A stretch of DNA of 64,000 nucleotides. Source: Azolla caroliniana. Lineage: Eukaryota; Plantae; Polypodiophyta. Under the pieces are notes generated by a model. The model was given only the letters and a program-made list of their open reading frames with translations, had not been told where the DNA came from and did not search any database. The stretch covers positions 16,368,001-16,432,000 of the forward strand of contig JBHGNT010000018.1 in assembly GCA_043228905.1 (NCBI GenBank). Reading direction: 5' to 3'. This document shows positions 1-11,413 of this stretch, piece by piece. Made by a program: the position numbers and the translations under genes. Positions within the stretch are counted from its first letter, which is position 1. Each line of letters opens with the position of its first letter.

Positions 1-1365
1 TGCAAGACGTTCCTCATGATTCCCTTCTGGCTGACATGGCTCAGAGGAACATCCCCGATATGCTCGATGGGATGGGATGTGGGGTGTCGTCTTCGGTTTC
101 CACCAACCCCGGCTTCTCCAGCTTCTCGAGAAAGGAGAACCATTCTTTGTGGTTCGTCATATGGTTTGAAGCTCCAGACTCCACATACCAAACTCATGCT
201 TCATTATGCTTCATTATGGGATGTAGGGATTTTGTTGGCCTTATGCTTCATTACGAGGGCCGGTTCCGACCTGGCTCTCTCTGAGCTTCCAGCGAAGTGC
301 GATCGATGACACCTATCTATGTCCCTCCAGCTAGATCTGGCTTTGTCCGAATCGACTCTGTTCTTCCAACACTCGCTTTCTTGGTGGCCTTTTCGACCAC
401 AATGCTAGCAATCTGTTGCAGTCTTTCCTTGCCAGCTCCCAGCTCTGCCTTGCCTCCCCCTGCTTCCAGAGGGTCCGGTACTACTGTCGGCACCATCTTT
501 GTGCCTCCAATTCTGCTCTTGTTGGCCACCTACATTGCACGCCGATCCGCCTCAACCTCCACATCCACGGGGCCTATTTGCCTCCATGTTCAACATCTTG
601 TTGTCAGTGTGCGTACTCATCGATGCACCCACGTGGTTCTCCTCTACAAGGAGCATCGACTATAAGTTGAAAAAACGAATGCGTATTCTCCCTTGTACAT
701 ACCGTTGTCCGGAATGCTCCGAACTTTGACGTCAGGCCCCCGAGACAGACCTACACCATCTCATCCTCCTCGACGGTCACGTTGACGGAGACAAGGGAAT
801 CGCAGATCTCCTTAATCCAGGCCGTGTAGTCGACCACCAACATGTCCTTCTACCGGACATTGCTCAACTCTCTTGTCGGCAGTAGAGGTTCTCAACCCTC
901 ACGCTCTGATACCATGTGACAACTATAGCGTGCAGAAGCTAAGACAACCGGCTCGTCTGGATAGAAATAGAAAGTAGAGATGAAGGTTTAATGGAAACCT
1001 TAAACACACATACGCGGGAGACAGGGAGAGCAGAACAAAACTCAATTTCAAAATAATACTCTATAATTGTATACAATGTCCTAGACAACACTTTTTATAC
1101 AAGTCCTTAAAGGACTGACAGAAGTACTGACATGTACTTCAATGCTCGTACAAGCAACTAACACTAACTCCAAGGAATATGCCTACGTACTAGGCCCGAA
1201 CCGTATGCCTCCAATGGCCTATCGGTTCACACTATTCCAGAGTACGATCCAGTTATCCGATTCGGCTCTAGATTCCGGATACCTATCCGGTTCTCCTTTC
1301 CGGATATCAATCCTACTCTAGCTTATTCAGCCGATCTGGATCTGGTTGAGCTTGTCCGCCCAATA
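1..1365 (-). mobile_element. Ty1/Copia LTR retrotransposon, 5' part (5' LTR ~917-1365, PBS-Met, degenerate gag-protease); runs off the left window edge
   Basis: gctctgatacca at 903-914 is the reverse complement of the tRNA-iMet PBS (TGGTATCAGAGC). The minus strand reads gag-like IKEICDSLVSVNVTVEEDEM..CLGGL and SMLLVEENHV, and the Copia protease motif WYVESGASNHMT (~150-190). The LTR resembles the one at 36630-37072. Confidence 0.85.
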
Positions 1366-1668
1366 CTTTCTTTTTTTCATTCATCATTTGGGCCGATGTC
1401 ATTTCCTCTCTTCTTCTTACCGCTTCTCTCGTATCACTTTTCTTTGAAGGGCCCACTTGTTAATCCAGTCATTTCCATTTCTCTTCGACAAGAACTTCAT
1501 AATTTTGGTGTATGACCTCAAAAAGGCATGTCTTTTCATCCACCAAGTCGTTCCACTCTGGCATTGCTTGAACTCTTTGTTTAGCTTCATTAGCCCCCTC
1601 TGCTCGGAGCTTTCCCTTCCCAACATGGTCTAAAATTATCAACCAAAATTCTCCTTCTTGCAAGCCTT

Positions 1669-1756
1669 TGAGTGAGTGAGTGAGTGAGTGAGTGAGTGAG
1701 TGAGTGAGTGAGTGAGTGAGTGAGTGAGTGAGTGTGTGTGTGTGTGTGTGTGTGTG
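1669..1756. repeat. Compound microsatellite (TGAG)n(TG)n
   Basis: Directly visible. Confidence 0.95.
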
Positions 1757-2025
1757 GGTGTGTATTTTGGTTACAAAACTAATCGTATTAAGCAACAATT
1801 TATGAAATTTATTGCAATGGGGTTCTAGTCCTAGAAGGATTCATCAGAGAGAGCATTGTCCTAGACTTAGACATAGAGATAACACCATATAGAAAGAACT
1901 TTCCATTATTCAACCAAACCATCTTTAATTATCCTTCACTAACAATTTGATGTCAGAAAAGGATCCTAGTGGTGTACAAAAATGATCTAGGAGGTTGATT
2001 CCTTGATTATTGAATAGATTGACAT

Positions 2026-2415
2026 TGTTGGCCGGTCAGAAGAGCAAGGACAAGTGGGAAGGCGGAATCGGATCGGATAATAGGAAGTAAATAATAGTAG
2101 AATTATTATTCGGAGGGACGGATCCGGTACAGTTGTACCGATCCGGATCCGGACCGATTCGGATGTCGGTTGCCTAAGCGCACCGATTGTAACCTTGCCG
2201 GATGCCTATAAAAGGATCCGATGATTTGTAAAGTGTTTTGACGGAAGTAATACAATAGTAATTATTGCGTGTTTATCTGTATCTCGTATTGTTTACCGTC
2301 TGTGCTTAATTGTAATCATCTTACGCGTGTAACCTAGCATCCAATCCTTACCACCCCTTTGGAGAAGTGTCGGATAGACACCTGTGTTGAGGCTAGTCCG
2401 GCCAGACAGACAACA
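2026..2415 (+). repeat. 5' LTR (390 bp)
   Basis: Direct repeat of 11414-11803; TATA-like ctataaaa near 2206. Confidence 0.97.
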
Positions 2416-2467
2416 CTATTTTGGCGACCACGATTCCTGCAAAGTGCAGAGGACAACCGGGGGATGG

Positions 2468-5400
2468 ATGTCTAGACCAAACGATGACCACATCACCGAA
2501 CGAGGGAGATGATACACCGAACGCGAGCAACGACGGGAAGCCCTGCAGCAAGCCGTCGACGAGATCCGGCGGGATCGGTCATTCTCCAAAACTCTTCGGA
2601 GAGTCGCAGAAGAAGCATTGCAGTTCCGGGTTCTGCAAATCCCCGACGAAGGCAGTAGCATAACAAGCCTGCAAGAGGCGGAAACGATACTGCAGACGCT
2701 CGCCGCGGGCGACGGGGACTCGGAAGCATTCGCAACACTTGAGGCGGAGTCGGAAAGCGACGGAAGCGTTGCATCCCGGTATAAAAGCAGCCACGACACA
2801 CCAAACGACCGGGAGGACGAGGGGTCGGAAGACTCAGTAACACCGGCACCAGAGGAAGAAAGAACCCTGGAATTCGGTGACCGGCAACCGCCGAGGAAGG
2901 CTGACCGTATACCGACAACAACCGCGAGGGAACCAAGGGAGCAGATACCGACAACACCCGCGGAGGAACCAACGGACCAGACACCGGCAACACCCGCGGA
3001 GGAACCAAAGGTTCTCACACCAACGCCAACAGCGGACAGAGAATGGAGGAAACAGGAGAGTCAGTTGGACGACACGATGTTGTACCCATACCCAAAGTAC
3101 CGGGATGAGGCCGACGCGGAGGCACACATGTACGCATTCCTCCAAACATGGGAAGCCAACCATATCTCCCAAAGACTGACGGAGCCCGAAGCCGAACGAT
3201 CCAAAATCGCCGAATTCGGCATAACCTTAGAAGGACCGGCGGCCCAATGGCACACAAAGCACTTACCGGGCAGCTTTGCCACATTCGATGCCTTGAAGGC
3301 CAGATTCCTCAGGTTTTTTCACAGACAATTTGAGCAAAGGGAATTGGTCGGGCAGTTCTACACCACCCGGCAGGAAGAGAACGAGACTATGCCACAATTC
3401 ATCATTCGGTTCCAGAACCTGCACAGCCAACTGACAAGAGCACCACCCGAAGACGAAGCCAAAGCAGTCTTTCTGGCCGCACTGAAAGAGCCACTTCGAA
3501 CAATGTGCGGAGTCCTTGATTTCCAAACCAACACAATGGACCAAGTTATTGATCGGGTTTTAGAAATGGACAAGACTAGCCCCTTCTTGTCGATGGGGAT
3601 GTCACACCGGGCACTCCCAAAGGAGGAAGACCTGAGGTTCCGACAGGCCTTACAATGTACAACATGCCTAAATTCGGGGCACTCAACAGTGGACTGCACC
3701 CTGCGGACACAATGTGTGATCTGCAACTCTCGAGCCCATACAACGGACCGATGCGAATATAACCTGTTAAATCGGCAGGCAGCACCGGTTCGACACATAG
3801 AACCACGCAATCAGAACCCGGACGAGGATCGATTCCGGAGAGACGACCGCTACCAACGCGAACGCGGTAACAGATACGCTGATAGAAGACGCGACAACTA
3901 TGACCGAGAGGAGAGACGCAGAGATAGCTACCCCCGGGACCGGTACGACAGAGACGAATCCCCGGAAGACGACCGACGCGGAGAAGAGAGGCGACAAGGA
4001 TACGCTGATAGAAGACGCGACAACTATGACCGAGAGGAGAGACGCAAAGATAGCTACCCCCGGGACCGGTACGACCGAGACGAAGCCCCGGAATACGACT
4101 GACGCAGAGAAGAGAGGCGACAAGGGAACCGAAATTTCCGACGGAATCAGAAGCGTGGATTTTTCCGAAGAGAGGAACTTCGGGAGGGAGCAAGGAATGA
4201 CAACCCGGTATCGGTACCGGATAACCGAAAAACCGAAGACGACCGCCGGAGCATACACACCCTCCAAACCGGGGACAAAGGAGAAACGAGCAACAGTCAC
4301 AAGGTGTACTGTTATTACTGCCGCAAGGAAGGCCACTATAGTAACCAATGCCCAAGCAAAAGCTATGACAAGCAGCCGGAAGTCAACATGGTTACAGCCG
4401 AAATAACAGAAGTACAACAGGTCACAACCCGGTCAAAGGGAAAGACCGCCGAGTGGGAAGCCCAGGAGGCAATCAGAAAACAAGCGACACAATGGATCAA
4501 GGAGGCCAATGAACAGAATGCGGCAGAAGTAAGAGACCAAAATATGCCAAAAGACGAAGAAATCATACAGCCAGGAGAAAACCCGACGTGGCAAGCGCTA
4601 CAGGACTGTCAAATCGTGATGCCGTTAGCACGACTACAACAGTTAGTGCCACGATTTACGGCAGACCTACAGGCATCCGTCAGCAAACCGAAGCCGACGC
4701 TAGCACCGGCATTCTTCTCCAACCCGGAGGAAGGACCAACGGTGGTCGATACAAGTAGCTCGGCGATCACGGCAATCGTGAAAGGAAAGGAAATTGCTGG
4801 AACGATTATTGACGGAGGCTCTGGGGTAAATGTCATCAGCCAACAGACATGCAACGACCTGGGCATCCGGGAATGGGAACCATGCCCCTTCTGGTTACGC
4901 ATGGCGGATACTAGCTCAGTCCGACCGACCGGGCTTATCCGGGATTTGGAAATAACGATCGGAGGCCACGTATTCCGGATATCGGCCGTGGTGCTGCAGC
5001 TGAATGTACAAGGCGCGTACCCCCTACTGCTAGGACGACCATGGCTGCGAACGGCGCATATCAAGCAGAATTGGCAAAAGAACATGATCACATTCCGGCG
5101 AGGGAAAACAAAGGTACGAGTAACGACGCAACCACGGGTGATCACCAGTAAGGAAGCAACTCCATTGTATGCGGAAAGCATTAACATGTTGGAGGGATTA
5201 CCGGATGAGGAAGTCGAGCGGTACCTCGAGGAACACCCACGAATCGTCCCACTATTTGAGGTGGATATCACGGCGGCAGTAGAACCGTACATTACGACGC
5301 CGGAAGAACCGGACCAAGCGGCGATCCGGGAACTGCGACAAGCGCAGGAATCCCTAGAGAGGGAAATGATGATATCCCAGAGGGTAAAAGCATCCCAACT

Positions 5401-8400
5401 CGAGGAGGTGGACCTCGGCACAGCAGACAAGCCCCGACCGGTAAATGTTGCAAAGGAATTGCCGAAGGAAGAAAAGAAGGCAATGGTAGCATTGTTAACA
5501 GACTTCAAGGATGTGTTCGTGTGGTCGTACGAAGACATGCGAGGGCTGGACCCCCAGCTCTATCAGCACCAAATTCACCTAAGTACAGACGCGAAACCGA
5601 TTGCTCAACGCAGGTACCGGATGAATCCGAATTATGCGGCAAAGGTGAAGGAGGAAATTGATAAGCTCCTCCGGGTCGGATTTATCCGACCAGTCAAGCA
5701 GGCAACCTGGCTGAGTCCGATAGTGGTGGTCCCGAAAAAGAACGGCAAAATCCGGGTATGCGTGGACTACCGAAAACTAAATGCCGCAACAGTGACCGAT
5801 GCGTTTCCACTACCATTTACGGACGGGGTGTTAGATGCGGTAGCCGGGCACGAAGTTTACAGCTTCCTGGATGGATTTAGCGGCTACAACCAAATACGAA
5901 TGAACCCAACCGACCAAGAGAAGACAACGTTCGTGACGGAATGGGGAGTGTTCGTCGCGGTCGTGATGATGTTCAGACTAAAGACGGCTCCAGCGACCTT
6001 TCAAAGGATAATAATGGAAATTTTCGGGGAATATATCCCCGGTTTTATGCAGGTCTTCCTTGACGATTTCGCAGTCTACAGCCGGCACGGAGAGCATCTC
6101 GATCACCTCCGGCTGTGCTTGGAGAAGTGCCGCGAGTACCGATTGAGCCTGAATCCGGCCAAATGCGTCTTTGGAGTGGCAAGCGGCAACTTGCTAGGGC
6201 ACGTGGTGAGTAAGGAAGGAATCGCGGTAGATCCGGATAAAGTCAAGGCGATTCTCGATGCACCAGCACCAAGTAACGCAAAGGCTTTAAGCCGGTTCCT
6301 GGGCCAAATAAGGTGGCATAGCCGGATGATACGGCACCTCGCGGACTTCGCTACACCGTTACATACCGCCGTACATAGGGTACCCTTCCTATGGGCAGAG
6401 ACGGAGGAGGAATCCTACAAAGCGTTGAAGGTTATGTTGTCGCAAGCCCCGGTGGTGCAACCGCCGGATTGGAGTAAAAGCTTTCACGTCTTCGTCGACG
6501 CGTCGGACGTAGCAATCGGCAACGTTCTGATGCAACTCACAGAGCCGAAATGGTACCGACCGGTGTACTACGCAAGCCGGAAACTCTCAAAAGCCGAACG
6601 GAATTACTCTACGACGGAACGCGAGGCATTGGGAATGGTGTATAGTGTCACAAAGTACAGGCACTATCTGCTCGGAAGGAAGTTTTCCTTCCATGTCGAC
6701 CATTCGGCACTACTCTACCTGGTCTCGAAGGCATCCCTAACGGGAAAAATTGCACGGTGGACACTGCTACTACAGGAATTTGAATTCGACATTTTCCACC
6801 GACCCGGGGCGCAGCATGCGGTAGCGGACTATCTAAGCAGACTCGAATCCGGACAAGCAGGGGACGGCGTCCAGGATGAGTTTCCCGATGCCGAATTGTT
6901 CCGGATCACGACGAAACCGGCAACGGATACAACGGTAGCCGATGAAGACACATGGCTAACTGAGATGCATCAGTTCCTGAGCACTGGAGTTCCCCCGGAG
7001 AACATGGACCGCGATGAAAGGAAAAGGGTAGCAGTAAGAAGCAGACATTTCTGCTTGGTTGGAGACACCCTCTATCACAAGGGGGCAGATGGCATCTGGA
7101 GACGAGCAGTGCGGAGCGATGAGAAGGATCTAATCCTCAGGGAAGCCCATTGTGGAATTGCCGGCGGGCATTATGCCGGCGACACAACCGCTCGGAAAAT
7201 ATGGCAGAGCGGACTGTGGTGGCCGACCACCCTAAAAGATGCCGTGAAGTATAGCAGAGAATGCGATTTGTGTCAACAACTAGGCCAACCCATAGAGCAG
7301 GCCCGGATGCCACACCACCCGGTCTTGCCCTTGGAACCGTTTCAAAAGTGGGGGTTGGACTTTGACGGTCCCTTCAAAACACCGGCAATGCGAACCGGAA
7401 ATCGGTATGTCATAGTGGCGACCGACTATTGCACCAAATGGGTAGAAGCAAAGGCCTTACGGGACAACACGGCCGCATCCACGGCAAAGTTCCTGTACGA
7501 GTGCATATGGTGCCGGTATGGTTGCCCGATCGAGCTTATAAGTGACCAAGGAGGACATTTTCTCGGGCAGGTAGTAGAAAGCCTGACGTCATTTTACGCG
7601 GTGGTACATAAAAAGAGTACACCCTACTACCCTCAAGACAATGGGCTAGTGGAATCAACGAACAAAACTCTGCAGAACATCCTACGAAAAATCGTCAACG
7701 AGAACCGGACCGACTGGGATACGAAATTGCAAAGCGCGCTATGGGCGTACCGAACAACGTACAAAACTAGCATCCGGACAACCCCGTTCCGACTAGCATT
7801 CGGGTTAGAAGCGGTCATGCCGGTAGAGTTCCAGATCCCCAGCTTACGGATTCAGGTGAAGGAGCGCTTAAGTGAGAACGAGTCCGAACGAATCCGGCTG
7901 GCAATGTTGTTGGAATTAGAGGAAAACCGAATAGCCAGCTTACTACAACTCGAACTGGAGCAAAGGAGGAGAAAAGCCTTCGTGGACCGACACCAGCGTG
8001 GCAATGAAAAGGAGTTCGAAGTCGGGAAACCGGTACTACTATTCCAGACACGGATGGGGAACATGCCGGGAAAGTTGCGGTTTCGATGGACCGGACCGTT
8101 CTGGATCACCAAGGAGTACAATGGGTCATATCAGCTCGGCACGTTGTCTGGAGATGTCATCGGCAAGTGGGCAAATGGATTTCGGCTAAAGCCGTATAAG
8201 GGAAATATGCCAGCCAACCCGTTCAAGAGAAACCCGGAAATCCGGCAAGATGAGGAACCGACACCGACAGACGCTGCTGAAGATATTCGGACTGAGGAAG
8301 AACCGACACCGATACTGACGAAGACTATCCCGGAAAACCGACAGAAGGATCCGGTATCCACACGAACCGACCCGAACAAATCGGGGGGGACCAGCAAATG

Positions 8401-8401
8401 A
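2468..8401 (+). pseudogene. gag-pol polyprotein in a single frame, broken by in-frame TGA at 2510-2512 and 4100-4102
   Basis: ATG at 2468, ORF 2618..4102 and ORF 4304..8401 share one frame. Three CCHC knuckles (CTTCLNSGHSTVDC, CVICNSRAHTTDRC, CYYCRKEGHYSNQC); protease IIDGGSGVN; RT FLDGFSGYNQI and FLDDF; RNase H VFVDASD and YSTTEREAL; integrase H..H..C..C, WGLDF, SDQG. Confidence 0.92.
3873..4125 (+). repeat. 126-bp (42-aa) tandem duplication in the Arg/Asp-rich part of gag
   Basis: YADRRRDNYDREERRRDSYPRDRYDRDE... occurs twice, with copies starting at 3873 and 3999. Confidence 0.9.
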
Positions 8402-8420
8402 CGTGGTCCAAGCAAAGGAA

Positions 8421-8472
<52 letters not shown>

Positions 8473-8746
8473 TAAATAAATAAATAAAATAAAATAAAAT
8501 AAAAAATGACGTGGGCAAAATCGACGCGAATCATCGTAATGATGGGGAGATCACAAGAGGTGGGAGCGCCACCATGCAACGAAGAGGCGCCATGCATTAA
8601 AGAAGGACGTGCGCGGACTTGCTATTTAAAGCATGGAACGTGGGCACTCACACGTGGCAAACAAGAAAGGACATACTAATTATGGCGGGAGAGGAACATG
8701 CGCGGGAAACGAAAAAGGGTGGCTCGAGGCACAACCCACTATATAA
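8399..8746 (+). promoter_or_regulatory. Candidate internal promoter for ORF3 (ACGT/ABRE/G-box cluster plus TATA motifs, around an (AAT)n tract)
   Basis: TGACGTGG at 8399 and 8507, ACGT at 8607 and 8638, CACGTGGC at 8651; CTATTTAAA at 8622 and TATATAA at 8740. Confidence 0.45.
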
Positions 8747-8882
8747 GACACAGGCCTGCGAAGGGCTCACTTTTTACGAATTTTCCTACATACAGGCGCA
8801 GAAGCACAGAAGAGCGACCCAACGCACAGAGCACACACAGCGCGACCCCGAACAACAGGCAGCAGACGAAGAATTCGAAACA

Positions 8883-11363
8883 ATGGTACTATCGGAAGAG
8901 GCACGCCAATGGATGAGGGAGAACGGGTTAAAAGGATTGCTGCGGATCGCCGACGCTCCACCACACGCAGAACCAGAGCAGGCGGCAGCATCGATCGATA
9001 TATCAGAAGTCACGGAAGGAGCGGTGCAGGCGCTCACGGGGATCAAAGCAGGAGGACTTCAAACAATCGAAAACCCTTCCAATGAAATCCTGTTCGAATA
9101 TTTCGGGGAATACTCTATCAGCAGCAAGGCGTACCGAACGCAGGGCAGAGAGAACCTGCTGTTCGGAGAAGTGGCCCGCGCTATGATGGAATACGGATTC
9201 GTGAATCCCCGTCCCCCAGCCATAGCCAAGTACCGGGCAGCGTTCTTAATAGCAGCGTACGAGGGCTTACAAATAGACTGGCTCCATTTCATAACCGAAG
9301 GATTGAAGGAGGCCATCAAAAATCTTGTGGAAGGAAAAAAGCCATGGGCCGGGATAGCACAATGGCTAACGGTGTTAGTCCCACCGGTGCTCCCCATCAC
9401 ACAAAAGAAAAGAGGTCGACAGGAGACGACGCCGAAAAAGGTCACAAAGCGCCGACAGATCTTGGAGAAACACACCCCCGGATGGACCCAGCAAGAAGCA
9501 GAACAGCAAGGGGAAGGACCATCCCGACAGCAAGAGCCGGAAAATCAGCCTGACTTAAGTGAGCAAGGCCACCCTGACACCGGAAGAACAAAGCCACAAT
9601 GGCTGAGATGGCTTTCGGAGCAGTTATCGGGAGTAGCGGACCAGTTAGAGAAAGAAGAAACGTGTAGGCAACAGCTGACGCATACAACAACTCAGGAGTT
9701 GGTCGCGCTCCGAACACAGATCGAGGAAATGCAAGGGGAGCTGTTGCAGGCAAGGGAAGGAATTCAACAAGCACAAGCTGTCACCGAGCTGGTCGGGACA
9801 ACAAGGAAGCAACCAGAACCGGAACCGGAACCGGTAGCCTTGCAAACCGGCCCTGAGACCGAAAAAATAATAGAAACCTTACGAGAGGAGTTAAAAGCTC
9901 AGGAGACATTAAGGGAAAGAGAAAGGGAGCAGCGGAAAGCGGTGGAGGACGACAGACGAAAAATGGAAGAAGGCCTCCGGAAAGGTCGAGCCGCTAATGA
10001 CCGACTGCAAGAAGAAAAAGAGAAGCTGCAGAAGGAGAAGGACCGACTACGTCGACATGCCGAGCAAGAGTTAGAACGACTGCAGGAAGAACTCCGACAA
10101 CAGAAGGACCGGGACGATCGGTTAAGAGCTCAGGCAACCCGACGCCTGAAGCAGAAGACGGAGGACTTCGACCGTCTCTACCGAGATCACAAGCAGGCCG
10201 AGTCGAACAACAAAAAACGGGCAACAGACTACGACCGGCAAATAGAGAAGCTGAAAGAGCAGCTCAAAGAGACCCGATTAGACCTGGCTAAGGCGATGGA
10301 TGAGGTCAGTGCCAACAAGGAAGCATTGTCGGCGGAAATAGCCCAAGCAACGGAGAGAAGGAAGGAATTAGAGGCGCTAAGGCGGAAAAAGTTGGACCTG
10401 ACCAAGATCAGGAATGAAGAAAAGGAAAAATCGACCTTCATGATCAGCAAACTACAGAGTACCTATGAAAAGCAGAAAGCAGATTACGAGGCCCAGGCTC
10501 AGATAATGGCCGACATTATAAAACGGGCAAGGAAGGAAAAGCAGGAAGCTTATGCGCATGCTAAGGCAGGGGTTGACCGGATCAAGCTCATCATGTCAGG
10601 ATGGAGTACCCGAGCTCAGGCAAGCATCAACGAAAGTACGGAAAAGCTATGGAAGGAGTGGTCACAACAGGCAGCCGAGCTGCAGACACTCCGAGCGGAT
10701 GCCGAGAATCGGAGGAAGACCGGTGACAAGTTCTATAAGATGGATGAAGAAAGTATCGTCGCCATTCAAGAAGAATTGTTGGAGGATTTCTACACTTTAG
10801 CAGAAGAACACCTCAAAGAAATCCGAGGGTTGGTAGAGAGTTTGGATGACGGGCAGCTCGCAACTCAGTTGGAGTTGGAGAGATACGAGCAGGACCGGTT
10901 ACGACAGGAAGCTAAGGGAAGAACGACGCCAACCACTATTGGTGAGGGAACGCGACCGGCTGAAGATGAACCAACCGACACCGAACAACCCCGACGAGGA
11001 ATACCCGAAGACGAACTTGAAGAAGAGCAGGAGCGGACCGATGCCGGCGAAGAAGAAGAGTTGAGACCGGAAGACACCAGAGCAGAGGAAGGAGGCATAT
11101 CGAGTCGACCAGTCGAGACCGGAGAAAGCGACACCGGTAACAGAACAGAGCCAGGAACGGAGGGAGAACAGGAAGAACCCGGACGAAGCGGTGAGGAAGC
11201 ACCGGCACCACAGAATCAAGCAGAGCCGGAGCAGCAAATTTTTACGGAACAGCCTACCCAACCGGAGGTCGGAGACCAGGCAGGCAAGGAACAGGAACAG
11301 GAGGAAGAAGCACCACTTGACACCATCGAGCAAAGTGTGCTCGATATTTTGGAGGAAGACTGA
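8883..11363 (+). CDS. Retrotransposon extra ORF3: N-terminal globular domain (plant-transposon-protein-like), long coiled coil, acidic tail; 826 aa from ATG 8883 (893 aa from ATG 8682)
   Basis: Uninterrupted ORF 8619..11363 between pol and the 3' LTR. E/K/R/Q-rich heptad-like middle region. The N-terminal domain is homologous to the relic at 38995-39476, and the homology starts near M8883. Confidence 0.85.
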   Translation: MVLSEEARQWMRENGLKGLLRIADAPPHAEPEQAAASIDISEVTEGAVQALTGIKAGGLQTIENPSNEILFEYFGEYSISSKAYRTQGRENLLFGEVARAMMEYGFVNPRPPAIAKYRAAFLIAAYEGLQIDWLHFITEGLKEAIKNLVEGKKPWAGIAQWLTVLVPPVLPITQKKRGRQETTPKKVTKRRQILEKHTPGWTQQEAEQQGEGPSRQQEPENQPDLSEQGHPDTGRTKPQWLRWLSEQLSGVADQLEKEETCRQQLTHTTTQELVALRTQIEEMQGELLQAREGIQQAQAVTELVGTTRKQPEPEPEPVALQTGPETEKIIETLREELKAQETLREREREQRKAVEDDRRKMEEGLRKGRAANDRLQEEKEKLQKEKDRLRRHAEQELERLQEELRQQKDRDDRLRAQATRRLKQKTEDFDRLYRDHKQAESNNKKRATDYDRQIEKLKEQLKETRLDLAKAMDEVSANKEALSAEIAQATERRKELEALRRKKLDLTKIRNEEKEKSTFMISKLQSTYEKQKADYEAQAQIMADIIKRARKEKQEAYAHAKAGVDRIKLIMSGWSTRAQASINESTEKLWKEWSQQAAELQTLRADAENRRKTGDKFYKMDEESIVAIQEELLEDFYTLAEEHLKEIRGLVESLDDGQLATQLELERYEQDRLRQEAKGRTTPTTIGEGTRPAEDEPTDTEQPRRGIPEDELEEEQERTDAGEEEELRPEDTRAEEGGISSRPVETGESDTGNRTEPGTEGEQEEPGRSGEEAPAPQNQAEPEQQIFTEQPTQPEVGDQAGKEQEQEEEAPLDTIEQSVLDILEED

Positions 11364-11413
11364 GGCCGGGAGTGGATTCGAAGTGCAAGGCACTTTCCCA
11401 CGGGCGTGCCATG

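Noticed and set aside
1370-1670. Possible host exon (ORFs 1417..1626 and 1469..1798, minus strand)
   Set aside because: No recognisable family, partly microsatellite-derived, and no supportable gene structure.
2416-5538. Long antisense ORFs over gag-pol (e.g. 4609..5538, 3576..4355), and likewise 54058..55029
   Set aside because: Shadow ORFs expected from GC-rich coding sequence on the other strand.
8883-11363. ORF3 as a retroviral env or a captured host myosin/SMC gene
   Set aside because: No visible signal peptide, transmembrane helix or Walker motif; coiled-coil similarity alone is non-specific.
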